DNA of 49,460 nucleotides from Patescibacteria group bacterium (GCA_018824115.1 JAHJGY010000022.1:1-49460); one strand, 5' to 3'. Positions 1 to 9,621 are shown, counted from the stretch's first letter. Program-made: numbers and translations. The notes: generated by a model from the letters alone, not told the origin.

Positions 1-140
1 CAGTTAGTTTTGGCCGTGATTTAGGAGGAGATAATGATAGTTATCCCGGGGAGACCTTTATTTTTATGCCAAAGTATTTTTTCACCCTGGAACAGTTAGT
101 TGGTGAAACAAGGATATCTTGGCTGGAAGCAGGAAATTAG
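1..140 (+). CDS. 3' end of a gene (partial), paralogous to the C-terminus of 236..2242
   Basis: The frame from nt 3 reads VSFGRDLGGDNDSYPGETFIFMPKYFFTLEQLVGETRISWLEAGN*. This aligns with IVLGRDLG...PAELFSLPYGYFF...VG...YSWREVGL* of the next gene. Confidence 0.8.
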   Translation, partial: VSFGRDLGGDNDSYPGETFIFMPKYFFTLEQLVGETRISWLEAGN

Positions 141-195
141 TCAAAATTGTTTTTGCCCCTTGTCCCCCATCGGTTTGGATAGATGATCTTTCTCC

Positions 196-225
196 TTGAC
201 AGTGCGCTGGTGTTTCCATTAATCT
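196..225 (+). promoter_or_regulatory. sigma70-type promoter candidate
   Basis: TTGACA(196-201)-N18-TAATCT(220-225), 10 nt before GTG 236. Confidence 0.55.
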
Positions 226-235
226 TAAAGTAATT

Positions 236-2242
236 GTGAAGGTAACGACTATTAGTACAACTCAGGAGCGATACAATAGTCATGATTGCGGGGTGAGATT
301 GTTGGGCCTGCTAATACTCTGCGCGACTGTTATTCTAAGTGCTGGAGTTGTTTTCGCCGTGGATGATGATCCACCAGTAACGACTCACTCGTATTCAGGT
401 GTAGAGGGAAGTAATGGCTGGTATACTTCAACGGTAGATGTAGCCTTACGGGCTTTTGATATGGAATCAGGGCCCAAGTCGACAACTTATTGGTTAAATA
501 GTGATCCTCCAACCACGAAAGAATACAGTACTGGACAGAATCAGATTCTTAATCCTTCGTTTGAGAGTGGCGGTTGGAAGTGGGAAAATTTGAGTTGGGT
601 CCCTTTTATTAATAATTGGGAGCATAGTGGCGGTGCTGGATTTTGGCAAAGTATGGTTTATCACAGGTTCGATTGGCGGTCGGCTGCTATTGGCAACCTG
701 TTTAGTGGAGGTGATTATTATTATTGGCACAATCGGCAGGATTATGTCCCTGCTGTGGCCGGGGGCAGTTACTCTGTCTCGGCTTGGGTCAAGACGTTAG
801 ATATTACTGGGCTGGGGTCTTGGTTTGAAGTGTGGGCGCGAGGGGAAACTGAGGCGGAAGATCAGTTGATTGTTGCCAGTGATGTGGTGAATGGGTCGGC
901 AGATTGGACCATGCTCGAGAAAAGTTTAATTATGCCTCCCGGGTTTCAGGGTCTCTATCTTAAACTGGGTATGCAAGACCAAAGTGTAGCCGGTTTAACA
1001 TTTTGGGATGGGATTAGTTTGTATGGAGGGTATTCGGCTTTTTCAGAATTTACTGTTGTTGAGAACGGCGATCACGTTCTGCACTACTATAGTGAGGATA
1101 ATTCGGGCAACATTGAGCCCGAGACCAGTGCGCCACTAAAAATAGATACAGTGAGTCCGCGAGGCTGGGATAACTTTTCTTATGTTCCGGGATCAAATGA
1201 CCACTCGTACTATGTTTCGGTTGAAGTTGTTGATGAGACTTCCGGGATAGATGTTTCCACGGCTGTTTACCGTTCGTATACCGACCATCAGGGAACTGGG
1301 TGGAGCTTTGAATCTGGTGAGGCTTGGGATCCTATTGACAGCGTTGTGGTCGTATCGACTGGCCTCCCAGCAGTTGATGGTGAGACTGCCAAGGTCCGCT
1401 TAACCACGCCGGAGATAGATTTTGGAGATTCAGTAACCGTGATGAGGGTTCAGTTTAGGATTGCGGATATGGCGGATAGTTCCGCTGATAGCCCTATGTT
1501 TACTATAGAAGGCGCTTGGGCAGAATCTATGAACGGTATAGTGTATTCGCGCGGACTGATAAACATGCCGAACTCAGCACCTGCAGGAGAGTTTAATTCA
1601 GACGGATTGGTTGTGAGCGGCGGTGGAATTACGCTTTTCGAATCATCAAAATCCTGGACAGTAGAAAATTATAATCACGAGTTAGCCGGTGTCCCTGGCC
1701 TTAACGAAATATTTCTAGCCCATGATGCCTTGAAGCAAACGGCGGTTGCTTTACCGAATAATAAATTACCTGCTAGCAGTGGGGTATATTATTTCGATGG
1801 TGATTATGTTCTTGATCATAACTCTACCCCGTCTGGGTTTGAAAGCAGTGAATTGTCGGCGATTATTTTTATCAACGGGAATTTATATGTTAAGAATAGT
1901 TACACGATGGAGCCTTCTTCGGCTGTGTTGTTTGTAGTTGACGGTGATGTTGGTATTTCAGGGTTGGTGGAAGAAATGTGGGGCGTTTTCTTGGTCAGTG
2001 GGATTTATGATTCCAACTATAATAATAAATTGCGGCGACAACTCGTGCAGAATGGCGGGGTGACTGCATTAGAAGGCATCGTTTTAGGGCGTGATCTGGG
2101 TCGAACGAGCAACCCTTCCAATGAAGACGCTCCAGCAGAGTTGTTTTCTTTGCCGTATGGCTACTTCTTTAATCAGGAGTTTGTTAATCTAGTTGGGTCA
2201 CAGCAGGAAGTAGATTATTCTTGGAGAGAGGTGGGTTTGTAG
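236..2242 (+). CDS. Secreted/surface protein: Ig-like domain with inserted CBM4/9-like domain, and a CPR-type C-terminal beta-rich domain (PilX-like tail)
   Basis: N-terminal hydrophobic segment. Ig-like halves PPVTT...NGWYTSTVDVAL.A.D..SG and GDHVLHYYSEDNSGNIE...IDT flank NQILNPSFE...YSVSAWVKT...FWDGISL. The protein ends in SWREV. The start could be a later GTG. Confidence 0.7.
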   Translation: MKVTTISTTQERYNSHDCGVRLLGLLILCATVILSAGVVFAVDDDPPVTTHSYSGVEGSNGWYTSTVDVALRAFDMESGPKSTTYWLNSDPPTTKEYSTGQNQILNPSFESGGWKWENLSWVPFINNWEHSGGAGFWQSMVYHRFDWRSAAIGNLFSGGDYYYWHNRQDYVPAVAGGSYSVSAWVKTLDITGLGSWFEVWARGETEAEDQLIVASDVVNGSADWTMLEKSLIMPPGFQGLYLKLGMQDQSVAGLTFWDGISLYGGYSAFSEFTVVENGDHVLHYYSEDNSGNIEPETSAPLKIDTVSPRGWDNFSYVPGSNDHSYYVSVEVVDETSGIDVSTAVYRSYTDHQGTGWSFESGEAWDPIDSVVVVSTGLPAVDGETAKVRLTTPEIDFGDSVTVMRVQFRIADMADSSADSPMFTIEGAWAESMNGIVYSRGLINMPNSAPAGEFNSDGLVVSGGGITLFESSKSWTVENYNHELAGVPGLNEIFLAHDALKQTAVALPNNKLPASSGVYYFDGDYVLDHNSTPSGFESSELSAIIFINGNLYVKNSYTMEPSSAVLFVVDGDVGISGLVEEMWGVFLVSGIYDSNYNNKLRRQLVQNGGVTALEGIVLGRDLGRTSNPSNEDAPAELFSLPYGYFFNQEFVNLVGSQQEVDYSWREVGL

Positions 2243-2757
2243 TACTTCCCAGCCATAAGTATTTCCTGAGCTAGTCGATACCCGGTTCTAAAGGGTTCCA
2301 GCGCCTCTAGAGTTTTACCTTCATCTAGAAGCTTTTTCCCTTCAAAGTAGAGTCTTTCAATTGAAGTAGAGGGTAATTGTTCTTGTTTTAGTTCCAAAAT
2401 TGCGCGCGAGAGTTCGCGTGAAGCTTCTTCGGCATTGGTAGTTAGGAGAATTTTAGGAGTAACTAAGGGCAAGTCTGGAGCTGGTGTGGGAGTTAAGTTG
2501 ATCGAAGGAGTTAGTGTCGGAGTTTTTAGAATGCCTGGATAAATTTTTGAGACAGCTTGGTTAAAAATAGAGAGTATTCTACTGGTTAGGTTTTGAGGTG
2601 CAGAGTTTGGACTATCTTGTCCATCTGGTGCAGTTAAAATTGAAATAGTTACTACGAGAAAGAAGGCTAATAAAACTAAAAATCCGGCTGCTGAAGCAAG
2701 AAGAATCTTCTTATTGTAAGTGATTCTAATGAAAGAAGGGTTTTTCTTCATTGGCAA
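2215..2757 (-). CDS. Hypothetical single-pass membrane protein with Pro/Thr linker and helical C-terminus
   Basis: 180-aa ORF with a basic N-terminus, one TM segment and a TPTLTP linker. Extended -10 (TGtTAGAAT) lies just upstream. The start may be ATG 2751. Confidence 0.7.
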   Translation of the reverse strand: MPMKKNPSFIRITYNKKILLASAAGFLVLLAFFLVVTISILTAPDGQDSPNSAPQNLTSRILSIFNQAVSKIYPGILKTPTLTPSINLTPTPAPDLPLVTPKILLTTNAEEASRELSRAILELKQEQLPSTSIERLYFEGKKLLDEGKTLEALEPFRTGYRLAQEILMAGKYYKPTSLQE

Positions 2758-2803
2758 TTTTATTCTAACATTTGGGTGATTTTATGCAAACTAGGAAGAT
2801 TGC

Positions 2804-2832
2804 TTGACAGTGATTTAGTTTCTCGATAATCT
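2804..2832 (+). promoter_or_regulatory. sigma70-type promoter candidate for the cohesin-pilin/CAZyme cluster
   Basis: TTGACA(2804-2809)-N17-TAATCT(2827-2832). Confidence 0.65.
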
Positions 2833-2844
2833 TTAATAGTAGAA

Positions 2845-3855
2845 ATGGTGGACTCACTTTTTTATCGACTACTTAATATTGTTAGTGGAGTACTTGTGTT
2901 TTTAACGCTCGTCTCCCCTCCCCTGGTTTATGGTCAAGGGGTTCCGGTACTTAGCCTTGAGTTCCCCGAGGGATATAGTTCTGGGCCTTTTTCAGCTGGG
3001 GACCAGGTGGTTGTCGATCTTAAGTTTGACCCGGCGGGTTTAGAGATTCTCAATGCCGATGTTTTTATTCAGATTGATGATGGTGGCCTTCTAGAGCAAA
3101 ATTTGGTTTTGGATTCTGTGGAGCTTGTTGATTCGGAGCTAACGGTAGCACCTGGGTTGGTAGAGATAGTCAGTAATTCACGCAGCACAGACCAGATTGC
3201 TCTAATGGTGATTAAGGTTGTTGGTAGCGGTGCCGGAGCGATAGTGGAACCGATAACCCAAGAGGTTGTTATTGTTAGGCTCACATTTACGGTTGCTGAT
3301 GAAGTTAATATTACGGTAGCAGGGCTAAGATTTCTTGAAGGAACGAGTTTAATATTTACCTATCCTGTCGATGTGGAACCTGCTTTAAATAATTTGACAC
3401 TTACCATAATTCCTAGTGTTCCTACGCCCACATCTATGCCACCAACACCTATTCCTACGGAGATCCCATTTATTCCCGGGGATGGATCCCCTTTAGTGTT
3501 TTTTTCATTTGGATCATTAGCGACAGCAGTCTGTGAATCGCAGGTTTACCCCGAATGCGAGCTGCCTTGTACTACAGTGCCCGTTTTTAAGCGGTGTTTA
3601 AATTTGAACCAGTTTCTGAATCTAGCCATTTCTTGGAGTGCATTATTGGCGGTTTTGGTTTCTCTTGTTCGGTTAGCGGTTGGGACTTTCGGTTATATTA
3701 GTTCAACGGGTGATGCCAAAAAAATGGAGGAAGCTAGGATGACCATGATTTATGCTGTATTAGGCCTTATGATTATAGCTGTTGTTTGGCTATTTATAGT
3801 TATCGGACAGCAACTTGCTCCCGCTTCCTGGCAAATTTGGTTCGGGGGAGGATGA
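2845..3855 (+). CDS. Cohesin-like domain fused to a VirB2/TrbC-like (CPR T4SS_pilin-type) pilin
   Basis: Signal peptide, then a beta-sandwich with a cohesin-like pattern (GDQVVVDLKFD...ADVFIQID...IVRLTFTV, aa ~34-189), a PT linker and a 4-Cys segment. It ends with two TM helices joined by GTFGYISSTGDAKKMEEARMTMIYAVLGLMII, the typical CPR pilin motif. Confidence 0.75.
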   Translation: MVDSLFYRLLNIVSGVLVFLTLVSPPLVYGQGVPVLSLEFPEGYSSGPFSAGDQVVVDLKFDPAGLEILNADVFIQIDDGGLLEQNLVLDSVELVDSELTVAPGLVEIVSNSRSTDQIALMVIKVVGSGAGAIVEPITQEVVIVRLTFTVADEVNITVAGLRFLEGTSLIFTYPVDVEPALNNLTLTIIPSVPTPTSMPPTPIPTEIPFIPGDGSPLVFFSFGSLATAVCESQVYPECELPCTTVPVFKRCLNLNQFLNLAISWSALLAVLVSLVRLAVGTFGYISSTGDAKKMEEARMTMIYAVLGLMIIAVVWLFIVIGQQLAPASWQIWFGGG

Positions 3856-3869
3856 ACTGAATTAAAAAG

Positions 3870-5726
3870 ATGTTTAAACAAAAAAAAGTTGCCCTTCGCC
3901 AGTTTATGTTTTGTTGCGTGATTCTAATATTGTCTTTTCTCCAAAAACATAAGGACACTAAAGCCCAAACTTGCAAGCATATTGTTTCTTCAAATGAAGA
4001 GTTGGTAAATGCTAATAATGCAGTTAATCCAGGAGAGATAGTATGTCTGGAGAGTGGAACATATAATGTGGGAATTGGCCCCTCTCATTCTGGTGCAGAC
4101 GGATTATATATCACTTATCAAGCGGTTCAAGGAGCGGTCCCAGTTATAACAGAACGATCATACCTCGATGATAAAAGCTATCTGGTTATCAAGGGCATCA
4201 GGTTTGAGTCTGACGGATATACATGGATATCGACGAGTGCAAATTCGCACCACATTCAACTTTTGGAGTGTGGATTTGACTCTTCTGAGGCTGGAAGTTA
4301 TAGCGGTATCTATATAAATGGATCGCAATATATCACCATTAGCGGCTCAACTTTTGGAAAGTGGATGTTTGGTAATGCAATTAGCGGTATGGGTGGTTCC
4401 CATATCCTTATTGAGGACAACGATTTTTCTCAGGCCATTGCTGAACATGGATTGGCTAACATAAGCGCTTCTGATCTAATTATTCGCAATAATTATTTTC
4501 GCAATCCTTGCGACAGAGCTCTTTCTCTTAGAGAGAAAAACAGTACTGCTGAAAATCTGCTCGTAGAAAACAATGTATTTATGGATAGTAATTGGAACAG
4601 AAAAGACTCTTGTTATGGAGAAGAACCTGGTTCAGAACAGGCTCTTAAATTCAATGTTTCCAAGGGAATTTTTCGTAACAATCTTGTTATAAATACCAAT
4701 GAAGGGAAAAATTATGACTATGGCGGCTCCCTCCATTTTTCAACTTATGAGGAGGTCCTAAAATACGAATACAATCGTGTTTATCATAATACATTTTACA
4801 AAAACAAACTTCATGCTATTACCTTTACTAGAAACACGGATACTTGGGATACTCGTAACAACAAAATTACAAATAATGTTATAGCTGAACACAATTTAAT
4901 AAATGATTTTACAAACAGCGATTGCAGTACGCCTGATGAGTGCAAAACTTATTCTGTGTATATTGGGAGGAGTGGCTTGAATTGGCAAACATATCTTTTT
5001 GATTTTAATGTTATTTCTGATTCCCGGAAAGATAATGTGATTTATATCGCTGATGGTGGCAAAGAACAAACTGTTGAAGAAGCCCAAATCAACCATCCAG
5101 ACCAATTTCAAAACAATATTATCCAACTTCCCCAATTCCAAAATGAAAATATCATGTATGACGCTGACCAATATCCTGAAAATTACTCTCTTGTAAACAT
5201 AGATGATTTTTTCGCTGGCTTTGCCCTTACATCGGATAGTTCAGGGAAATATGCAGCTACTCATTTAGCTGAGATTACCGCTTCTAGTACGGGTACAACG
5301 ATTCGGATAGACGATGCTTTATATTTCACCGATGGAATGGGAATGATCAATGGAGACAGAATTATTATTGGTTCTGATAATCAGGTTACAGTTCAGATAA
5401 CTAATGTAGATTATGAAAATAATATTCTAGAAGTGGATCAAGCTATTAGTGTTTTGGTCGGTGATAGAATTTATCTGGAAGCGACAGGAACAAGTCCTGA
5501 TATTGGGGTTTATGGCCGTGAAGGTAGTTTATTTCCTACTCCCCTCCCCTCAGTTGAAGGTGACCTCAACAACGATGGTGTAGTGGACATCTTTGACCTC
5601 GTTATTGTCGGCAGTTGTTTTGGGCAGGAAGCAGTCGGAGATTGCGCCCGCGCAGATGCCAACGGAAACGGTGTTGTGGATATTTTTGATCTGGTGTTGG
5701 TGGGTGGTAATTTTGGAACAAGTTAA
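3870..5726 (+). CDS. Secreted right-handed parallel beta-helix protein (polysaccharide lyase-like) with C-terminal dockerin
   Basis: Signal peptide, PGEIVCLESGTY cap, repeated I.I.NN.F coils, PDIG motif, then the dockerin GDLNNDGVVDIFD...DANGNGVVDIFD. Confidence 0.85.
   Translation: MFKQKKVALRQFMFCCVILILSFLQKHKDTKAQTCKHIVSSNEELVNANNAVNPGEIVCLESGTYNVGIGPSHSGADGLYITYQAVQGAVPVITERSYLDDKSYLVIKGIRFESDGYTWISTSANSHHIQLLECGFDSSEAGSYSGIYINGSQYITISGSTFGKWMFGNAISGMGGSHILIEDNDFSQAIAEHGLANISASDLIIRNNYFRNPCDRALSLREKNSTAENLLVENNVFMDSNWNRKDSCYGEEPGSEQALKFNVSKGIFRNNLVINTNEGKNYDYGGSLHFSTYEEVLKYEYNRVYHNTFYKNKLHAITFTRNTDTWDTRNNKITNNVIAEHNLINDFTNSDCSTPDECKTYSVYIGRSGLNWQTYLFDFNVISDSRKDNVIYIADGGKEQTVEEAQINHPDQFQNNIIQLPQFQNENIMYDADQYPENYSLVNIDDFFAGFALTSDSSGKYAATHLAEITASSTGTTIRIDDALYFTDGMGMINGDRIIIGSDNQVTVQITNVDYENNILEVDQAISVLVGDRIYLEATGTSPDIGVYGREGSLFPTPLPSVEGDLNNDGVVDIFDLVIVGSCFGQEAVGDCARADANGNGVVDIFDLVLVGGNFGTS
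5559..5717 (+). repeat. Dockerin-coding repeat, copy 1 of 5 (159 nt)
   Basis: Near-identical to 7291-7449, 9362-9520, 11536-11694 and 13681-13839. Encodes two F-hand Ca-binding loops. Confidence 0.95.
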
Positions 5727-5769
5727 ACTTGTCGGGGCTCAGCTTTGTTCAACTCGGTGTATACTAGAG

Positions 5770-5892
5770 AATATGCTTATGTTCAAGAAAAAGACAGTTT
5801 CCTGTTTGTTTTTAATCGCAATTATCATACTCGTTTTTAACTCGGCGCAGGTAAGTGTTAAAGGGCAAGACGACTGTACGGTTATTGTTGAT
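5770..5892 (+). repeat. Signal-peptide-coding repeat, copy 1 of 2 (123 nt)
   Basis: Matches 11716-11838 with 6 mismatches, counted by eye. Confidence 0.95.
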
Positions 5893-7455
5893 AGTTCTGG
5901 CGGGGGAGATTACTTGTCTATACAGGCAGGTTTGGATGCGAGTGAGCCGGGTGACACTATTTGCGTAAGAGGTTCAACTGATGCAGGAAATCCCCGAGTT
6001 TACAATGGCTATCTAAGATTAAATCAAAGTCACTCTGGGACAGTAGGAAATATTAAAACACTTAAAGCCGACGGATCCGTTTCTATCCAGAAAGGAGTCA
6101 GTGATAGCAGATGCCACGCTTTTGTGATTAACACAAGTATTAGTTATTTTACGATTGACGGCTTCGAAATCACTAATTTTGATTGCTTTGCTTTTCAGTT
6201 CGATAATGACGAGCAGTCCATAGATAATCCCTCGCAATACATTACCCTAAGGGATCTAAAAATTCACGATTTAGGGGCAAACGAGCCCGAGGGGTCTTTT
6301 ACAGGGACTCTTCTCAATTGCCAGCATGTGTTAATTGAAAACGTCGAGTTATACAGAAACGCTTCTGGTATTAACATAGGCGGGAATAGTTTTGATGTGG
6401 TAATAAGAAACAGTTCTAGCCACGATATGAGGCACCAATTGGATGGAGATGGATTTAATGCCAGTAATTGGGGTGAAGATGAAGTCGGCACAGATTATCA
6501 TCCCCACAATATCACCATTGAGGACACTTCAGTTTACAACAATGGCGAGGACGGTTTTGACTTTAAGGCAGATGATGTTACCTACCGTCGTTGTCGGAGT
6601 TACAATAATAGGGCTAGGGGCGTTGCGGTTAAGGGACTAAGACAAAAGATTGTAAACTCTCTGATTCATGGTAATGAGAAAAGTGTTAGTATTAGTGGTT
6701 GGAGAGATAGCAGTGTGGCCATTATTAACTCAACGCTTATTAGTGATTATGCAACGTTGTCGTATAGTGCCTATCCGTTTGTAATGGAGGCAGTGGTTAT
6801 AAATAGTATATTTATATCTCCAGACCGGACCGTGCAAATCCTTGAAGGACATAAGCTTTTCGGGGACAACAACATTTATTATAATAGTTCAAACGATGGC
6901 ACGGTGGTGGCTTATTATAGAGAATGGAACAACGGGGGTATTGGTAATGTTATAGAAACGTTTTACATGAATGATGTGAACTCTGGGCATTGGTCGTCAC
7001 AATTAGATTACTACGATGTGGGTGATAATACTGATTCAAATTCGCAGGGCATAAATCCCGCGTTTATTGATTTAGAAGGGTATAACTTGCAATTGCGTAG
7101 CGACTCAACAGCAATTGATGCTGGCGTACCAGATTACAGTTTTGCTGGGACTAGTTATCTTCCAGCATCCATTATAGAAATACCAACTATAGATATTGAT
7201 GGTAATCCGCGCGATTCTGATCCAGACATTGGTGCTTTTGAGTATATAGATGAAGCTGTCCCATCGCCCGGTCCCCTTCCCTCAGTTGAAGGAGATCTCA
7301 ATAGCGACGGAGTAGTGAACATCTTCGACCTCGTTATTATCGGCAATTGTTTTGGGCAGGAAGCAATAGGAACCTGCGCCCGTGCAGACGCCAACGGAAA
7401 CGGAGTGGTGGATATTTTTGATCTGGTAATTGTGGGTAGTCATTTTGGGCAGTAA
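5773..7455 (+). CDS. Secreted right-handed parallel beta-helix protein (PL9/pectate lyase-like fold) with C-terminal dockerin
   Basis: Start reassigned from 5593 to ATG 5773 or 5779, where the signal peptide begins. Motifs SIQAGLD...PGDTICVRG, DGDGF, NGEDGFD.K, L...S.AIDAG...DIDGNPR...PDIGAFE, then a dockerin. Confidence 0.85.
   Translation: MLMFKKKTVSCLFLIAIIILVFNSAQVSVKGQDDCTVIVDSSGGGDYLSIQAGLDASEPGDTICVRGSTDAGNPRVYNGYLRLNQSHSGTVGNIKTLKADGSVSIQKGVSDSRCHAFVINTSISYFTIDGFEITNFDCFAFQFDNDEQSIDNPSQYITLRDLKIHDLGANEPEGSFTGTLLNCQHVLIENVELYRNASGINIGGNSFDVVIRNSSSHDMRHQLDGDGFNASNWGEDEVGTDYHPHNITIEDTSVYNNGEDGFDFKADDVTYRRCRSYNNRARGVAVKGLRQKIVNSLIHGNEKSVSISGWRDSSVAIINSTLISDYATLSYSAYPFVMEAVVINSIFISPDRTVQILEGHKLFGDNNIYYNSSNDGTVVAYYREWNNGGIGNVIETFYMNDVNSGHWSSQLDYYDVGDNTDSNSQGINPAFIDLEGYNLQLRSDSTAIDAGVPDYSFAGTSYLPASIIEIPTIDIDGNPRDSDPDIGAFEYIDEAVPSPGPLPSVEGDLNSDGVVNIFDLVIIGNCFGQEAIGTCARADANGNGVVDIFDLVIVGSHFGQ
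7291..7449 (+). repeat. Dockerin-coding repeat, copy 2
   Basis: GDLNSDGVVNIFDLVIIGNCFGQEAIGTCARADANGNGVVDIFDLVIVGSHFG. Confidence 0.95.
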
Positions 7456-7479
7456 GAAAAGATTCTCATTTTAGGCAGC

Positions 7480-7508
7480 TTGACGAATCTCGATTTTCTT
7501 GATAGCTT
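7480..7508 (+). promoter_or_regulatory. Internal promoter candidate
   Basis: TTGACG-N17-TAGCTT with a TGn extension, 11 nt before ATG 7520. Confidence 0.5.
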
Positions 7509-7519
7509 GAGTGTGTACT

Positions 7520-9526
7520 ATGAAATTTCTCCGAGCTGTAACTGTCTTTTTTAATGTTTTTATTCTTCTGGTAAACCCTATCCTCATTTTAGCGGCGCCG
7601 CTCACAATTCACCCTAATAACCCTCGTTATTTTACCAATGACACCGGCCAGCCGATTTATATGACTGGTTCTCAGACTTGGTATAACATTCATCAAAATA
7701 CGACTATAGAAACCAATACAACAACATCTGAATATTTCGAAGAATATTTGGATTGGATGCAGTCTCATGGACATAATTTCACCCGCTTATGGACAGGGCT
7801 TAGCTACTTGGATAATCCACCCTTCCCCTGGAATCGCTCAGGGCCGGGTACTGCCAATGATGGCAACCCTCAGTTTGACATGCGCGCCTTTAACCAAAGT
7901 TATTTTGACGCCGTCAAGGAAAGGGTTTCTCAAATTCAATCTCGGGGAATGTACTGTTCGATTATGTTCTTTGGGTCGCACAATGGGTTGAAAAGTGATT
8001 TTATCAACACGGCTTGGCACCCCAATAATAATGTAAACGATGAATTAGATATTTTTGATAATGATGGCTACTTTTTTTTTACCACTGATCCAGAAGCCTT
8101 GGAAACCCAGCGGGCATTGGTTCGGAAATTTATAGACGAGTTGAATGATTTTGACAATCTTATTTGGGAGATTATGAATGAGCCTGGCGAGCAATCTGTG
8201 GAATGGCAGGAGGGAATGATTGAATATGTGAGATCGTACGAATTCAGCAAACCGAAACAGCATCTAATTGGGATGACCGGAGGCTGGAATCTTGGCGCCC
8301 AGATGCTCGAAAGTTCTGCCGAGTGGATTTCGCCAGATTGGGACTGGTACGTAGAAGGTCCAGGAGACTACCGTGAAGGCGGACCTGCCGATTTTTCCGA
8401 AAAGGTAATTATCAACGACACTGATCACCTTTGGGGTTGGTCAGAGCCCGAAAATGCTGAAGAGATGCGAAAATGGGTCTGGAAAACCTTCGCTCGAGGC
8501 AACAATTTGATTTTTATGGATTCGTATGATCATTATAGAGAAGATGTCGAGAACTACGGTGAGATTAACCATGATTGGGATTTGCTCAGGGATACAATGG
8601 GATATACAGTGGATTACTCTCAGAAATTTACTGACATGGCCGCTCTGATGCCTTCGGACAGTTCAACGGAATGTTCAACAACCTATTGTTTACAAAATCC
8701 AGGAATGGAGTATTTTGTGTATCAACCAAGTTCGGGAGAGTTCACAGTAAATCTCGAGCCTGGGAGTTACAATTACGAGTGGTTTAACCCTCAAGTGGGT
8801 AGTGTCTCGCAGACGGGATCGCGAAGTGTGAGTGGTGGAAATACCAGTTTTACGCCACCTTTTAGCGGTGATGCTGTACTCTATTTACAGGTTGTTGTTC
8901 TCACACCCTCTCCTGCATTAAGCCCTACTCCTCAGCCAACACCTGCGGGTGAAAAATTGACGGGGACAGTAATAGGGGTTTGTGAACCTTATGAGGGGAA
9001 TTCTGATACTAGCTACGGTGCAGCCGTGGACGGGAAAACGGAAACGTTTTCGGACTGCGTGGGTGATGAGATGTACGTGGGTTATGATTTTGGTGCAGGA
9101 AGCAATAAAATTATCAATAATATTCGTTATTGGCCTCGAGATGATTGGAATCAAAGAATGGTTGGGAGAACCTTCGAAGGATCACAGGATAATATTTCTT
9201 GGGTGACACTCTTCACAGTACAAACTGCTCCACCATATGACCAGTTTACAACTATTGCCATAGATGACAATACTCCTTTTCGGTTCGTTCGTTACAATGG
9301 TGCAGGTGGATATTTGAATGTCTCTGAAATTGAGTTCTATGGTATAGATGCTTCTTTAGACGGAGACTTAAATGGCAGCGGCACCGTTGACATCTTTGAC
9401 CTCGTTATTATCGGCAGTTGTTTTGGGCAGGAAGCAACTGGTGACTGCGCCCGCGCAGACGCCAACGGGGATGGAGAAGTGGATATTTTTGATTTGGTAA
9501 TTGTGGGTGGGAATTTTGGAGATTAG
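7520..9526 (+). CDS. Secreted clan GH-A-like TIM-barrel glycoside hydrolase + beta-sandwich (putative collagen-binding-type) + F5/8 type C (CBM32-like) + dockerin
   Basis: Signal peptide, HPNNPRYF, NFTRLW, the WEIMNEP acid/base motif, Y.YEWFNP..G...F.PPFSGDAVLYL, the discoidin-like A.DG...IRYWPR...FEGSQD...FRFVRY...VSEIEFYG, then a dockerin. Confidence 0.8.
   Translation: MKFLRAVTVFFNVFILLVNPILILAAPLTIHPNNPRYFTNDTGQPIYMTGSQTWYNIHQNTTIETNTTTSEYFEEYLDWMQSHGHNFTRLWTGLSYLDNPPFPWNRSGPGTANDGNPQFDMRAFNQSYFDAVKERVSQIQSRGMYCSIMFFGSHNGLKSDFINTAWHPNNNVNDELDIFDNDGYFFFTTDPEALETQRALVRKFIDELNDFDNLIWEIMNEPGEQSVEWQEGMIEYVRSYEFSKPKQHLIGMTGGWNLGAQMLESSAEWISPDWDWYVEGPGDYREGGPADFSEKVIINDTDHLWGWSEPENAEEMRKWVWKTFARGNNLIFMDSYDHYREDVENYGEINHDWDLLRDTMGYTVDYSQKFTDMAALMPSDSSTECSTTYCLQNPGMEYFVYQPSSGEFTVNLEPGSYNYEWFNPQVGSVSQTGSRSVSGGNTSFTPPFSGDAVLYLQVVVLTPSPALSPTPQPTPAGEKLTGTVIGVCEPYEGNSDTSYGAAVDGKTETFSDCVGDEMYVGYDFGAGSNKIINNIRYWPRDDWNQRMVGRTFEGSQDNISWVTLFTVQTAPPYDQFTTIAIDDNTPFRFVRYNGAGGYLNVSEIEFYGIDASLDGDLNGSGTVDIFDLVIIGSCFGQEATGDCARADANGDGEVDIFDLVIVGGNFGD
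9362..9520 (+). repeat. Dockerin-coding repeat, copy 3
   Basis: GDLNGSGTVDIFDLVIIGSCFGQEATGDCARADANGDGEVDIFDLVIVGGNFG. Confidence 0.95.
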
Positions 9527-9621
9527 GTGCGGAGAAGGCCCTATCGAAAGCACAAAGCCTTGCTGGTTTGGCACGGATGGAAAGTTAACGGTAATCTACT
9601 GGTAATAGTGTTGCTCATCTT

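Noticed and set aside
5593..5772. 60-aa N-terminal extension of the second beta-helix ORF
   Set aside because: It overlaps the previous gene's dockerin in another frame. The signal peptide and the repeat shared with 11716 begin at 5773.
9527..9621. c-di-GMP-I-like words (tcgaaag, caaagcc) in the intergenic region
   Set aside because: The stem around GAAA and the GGCAAAC element are missing, so I cannot build the fold.
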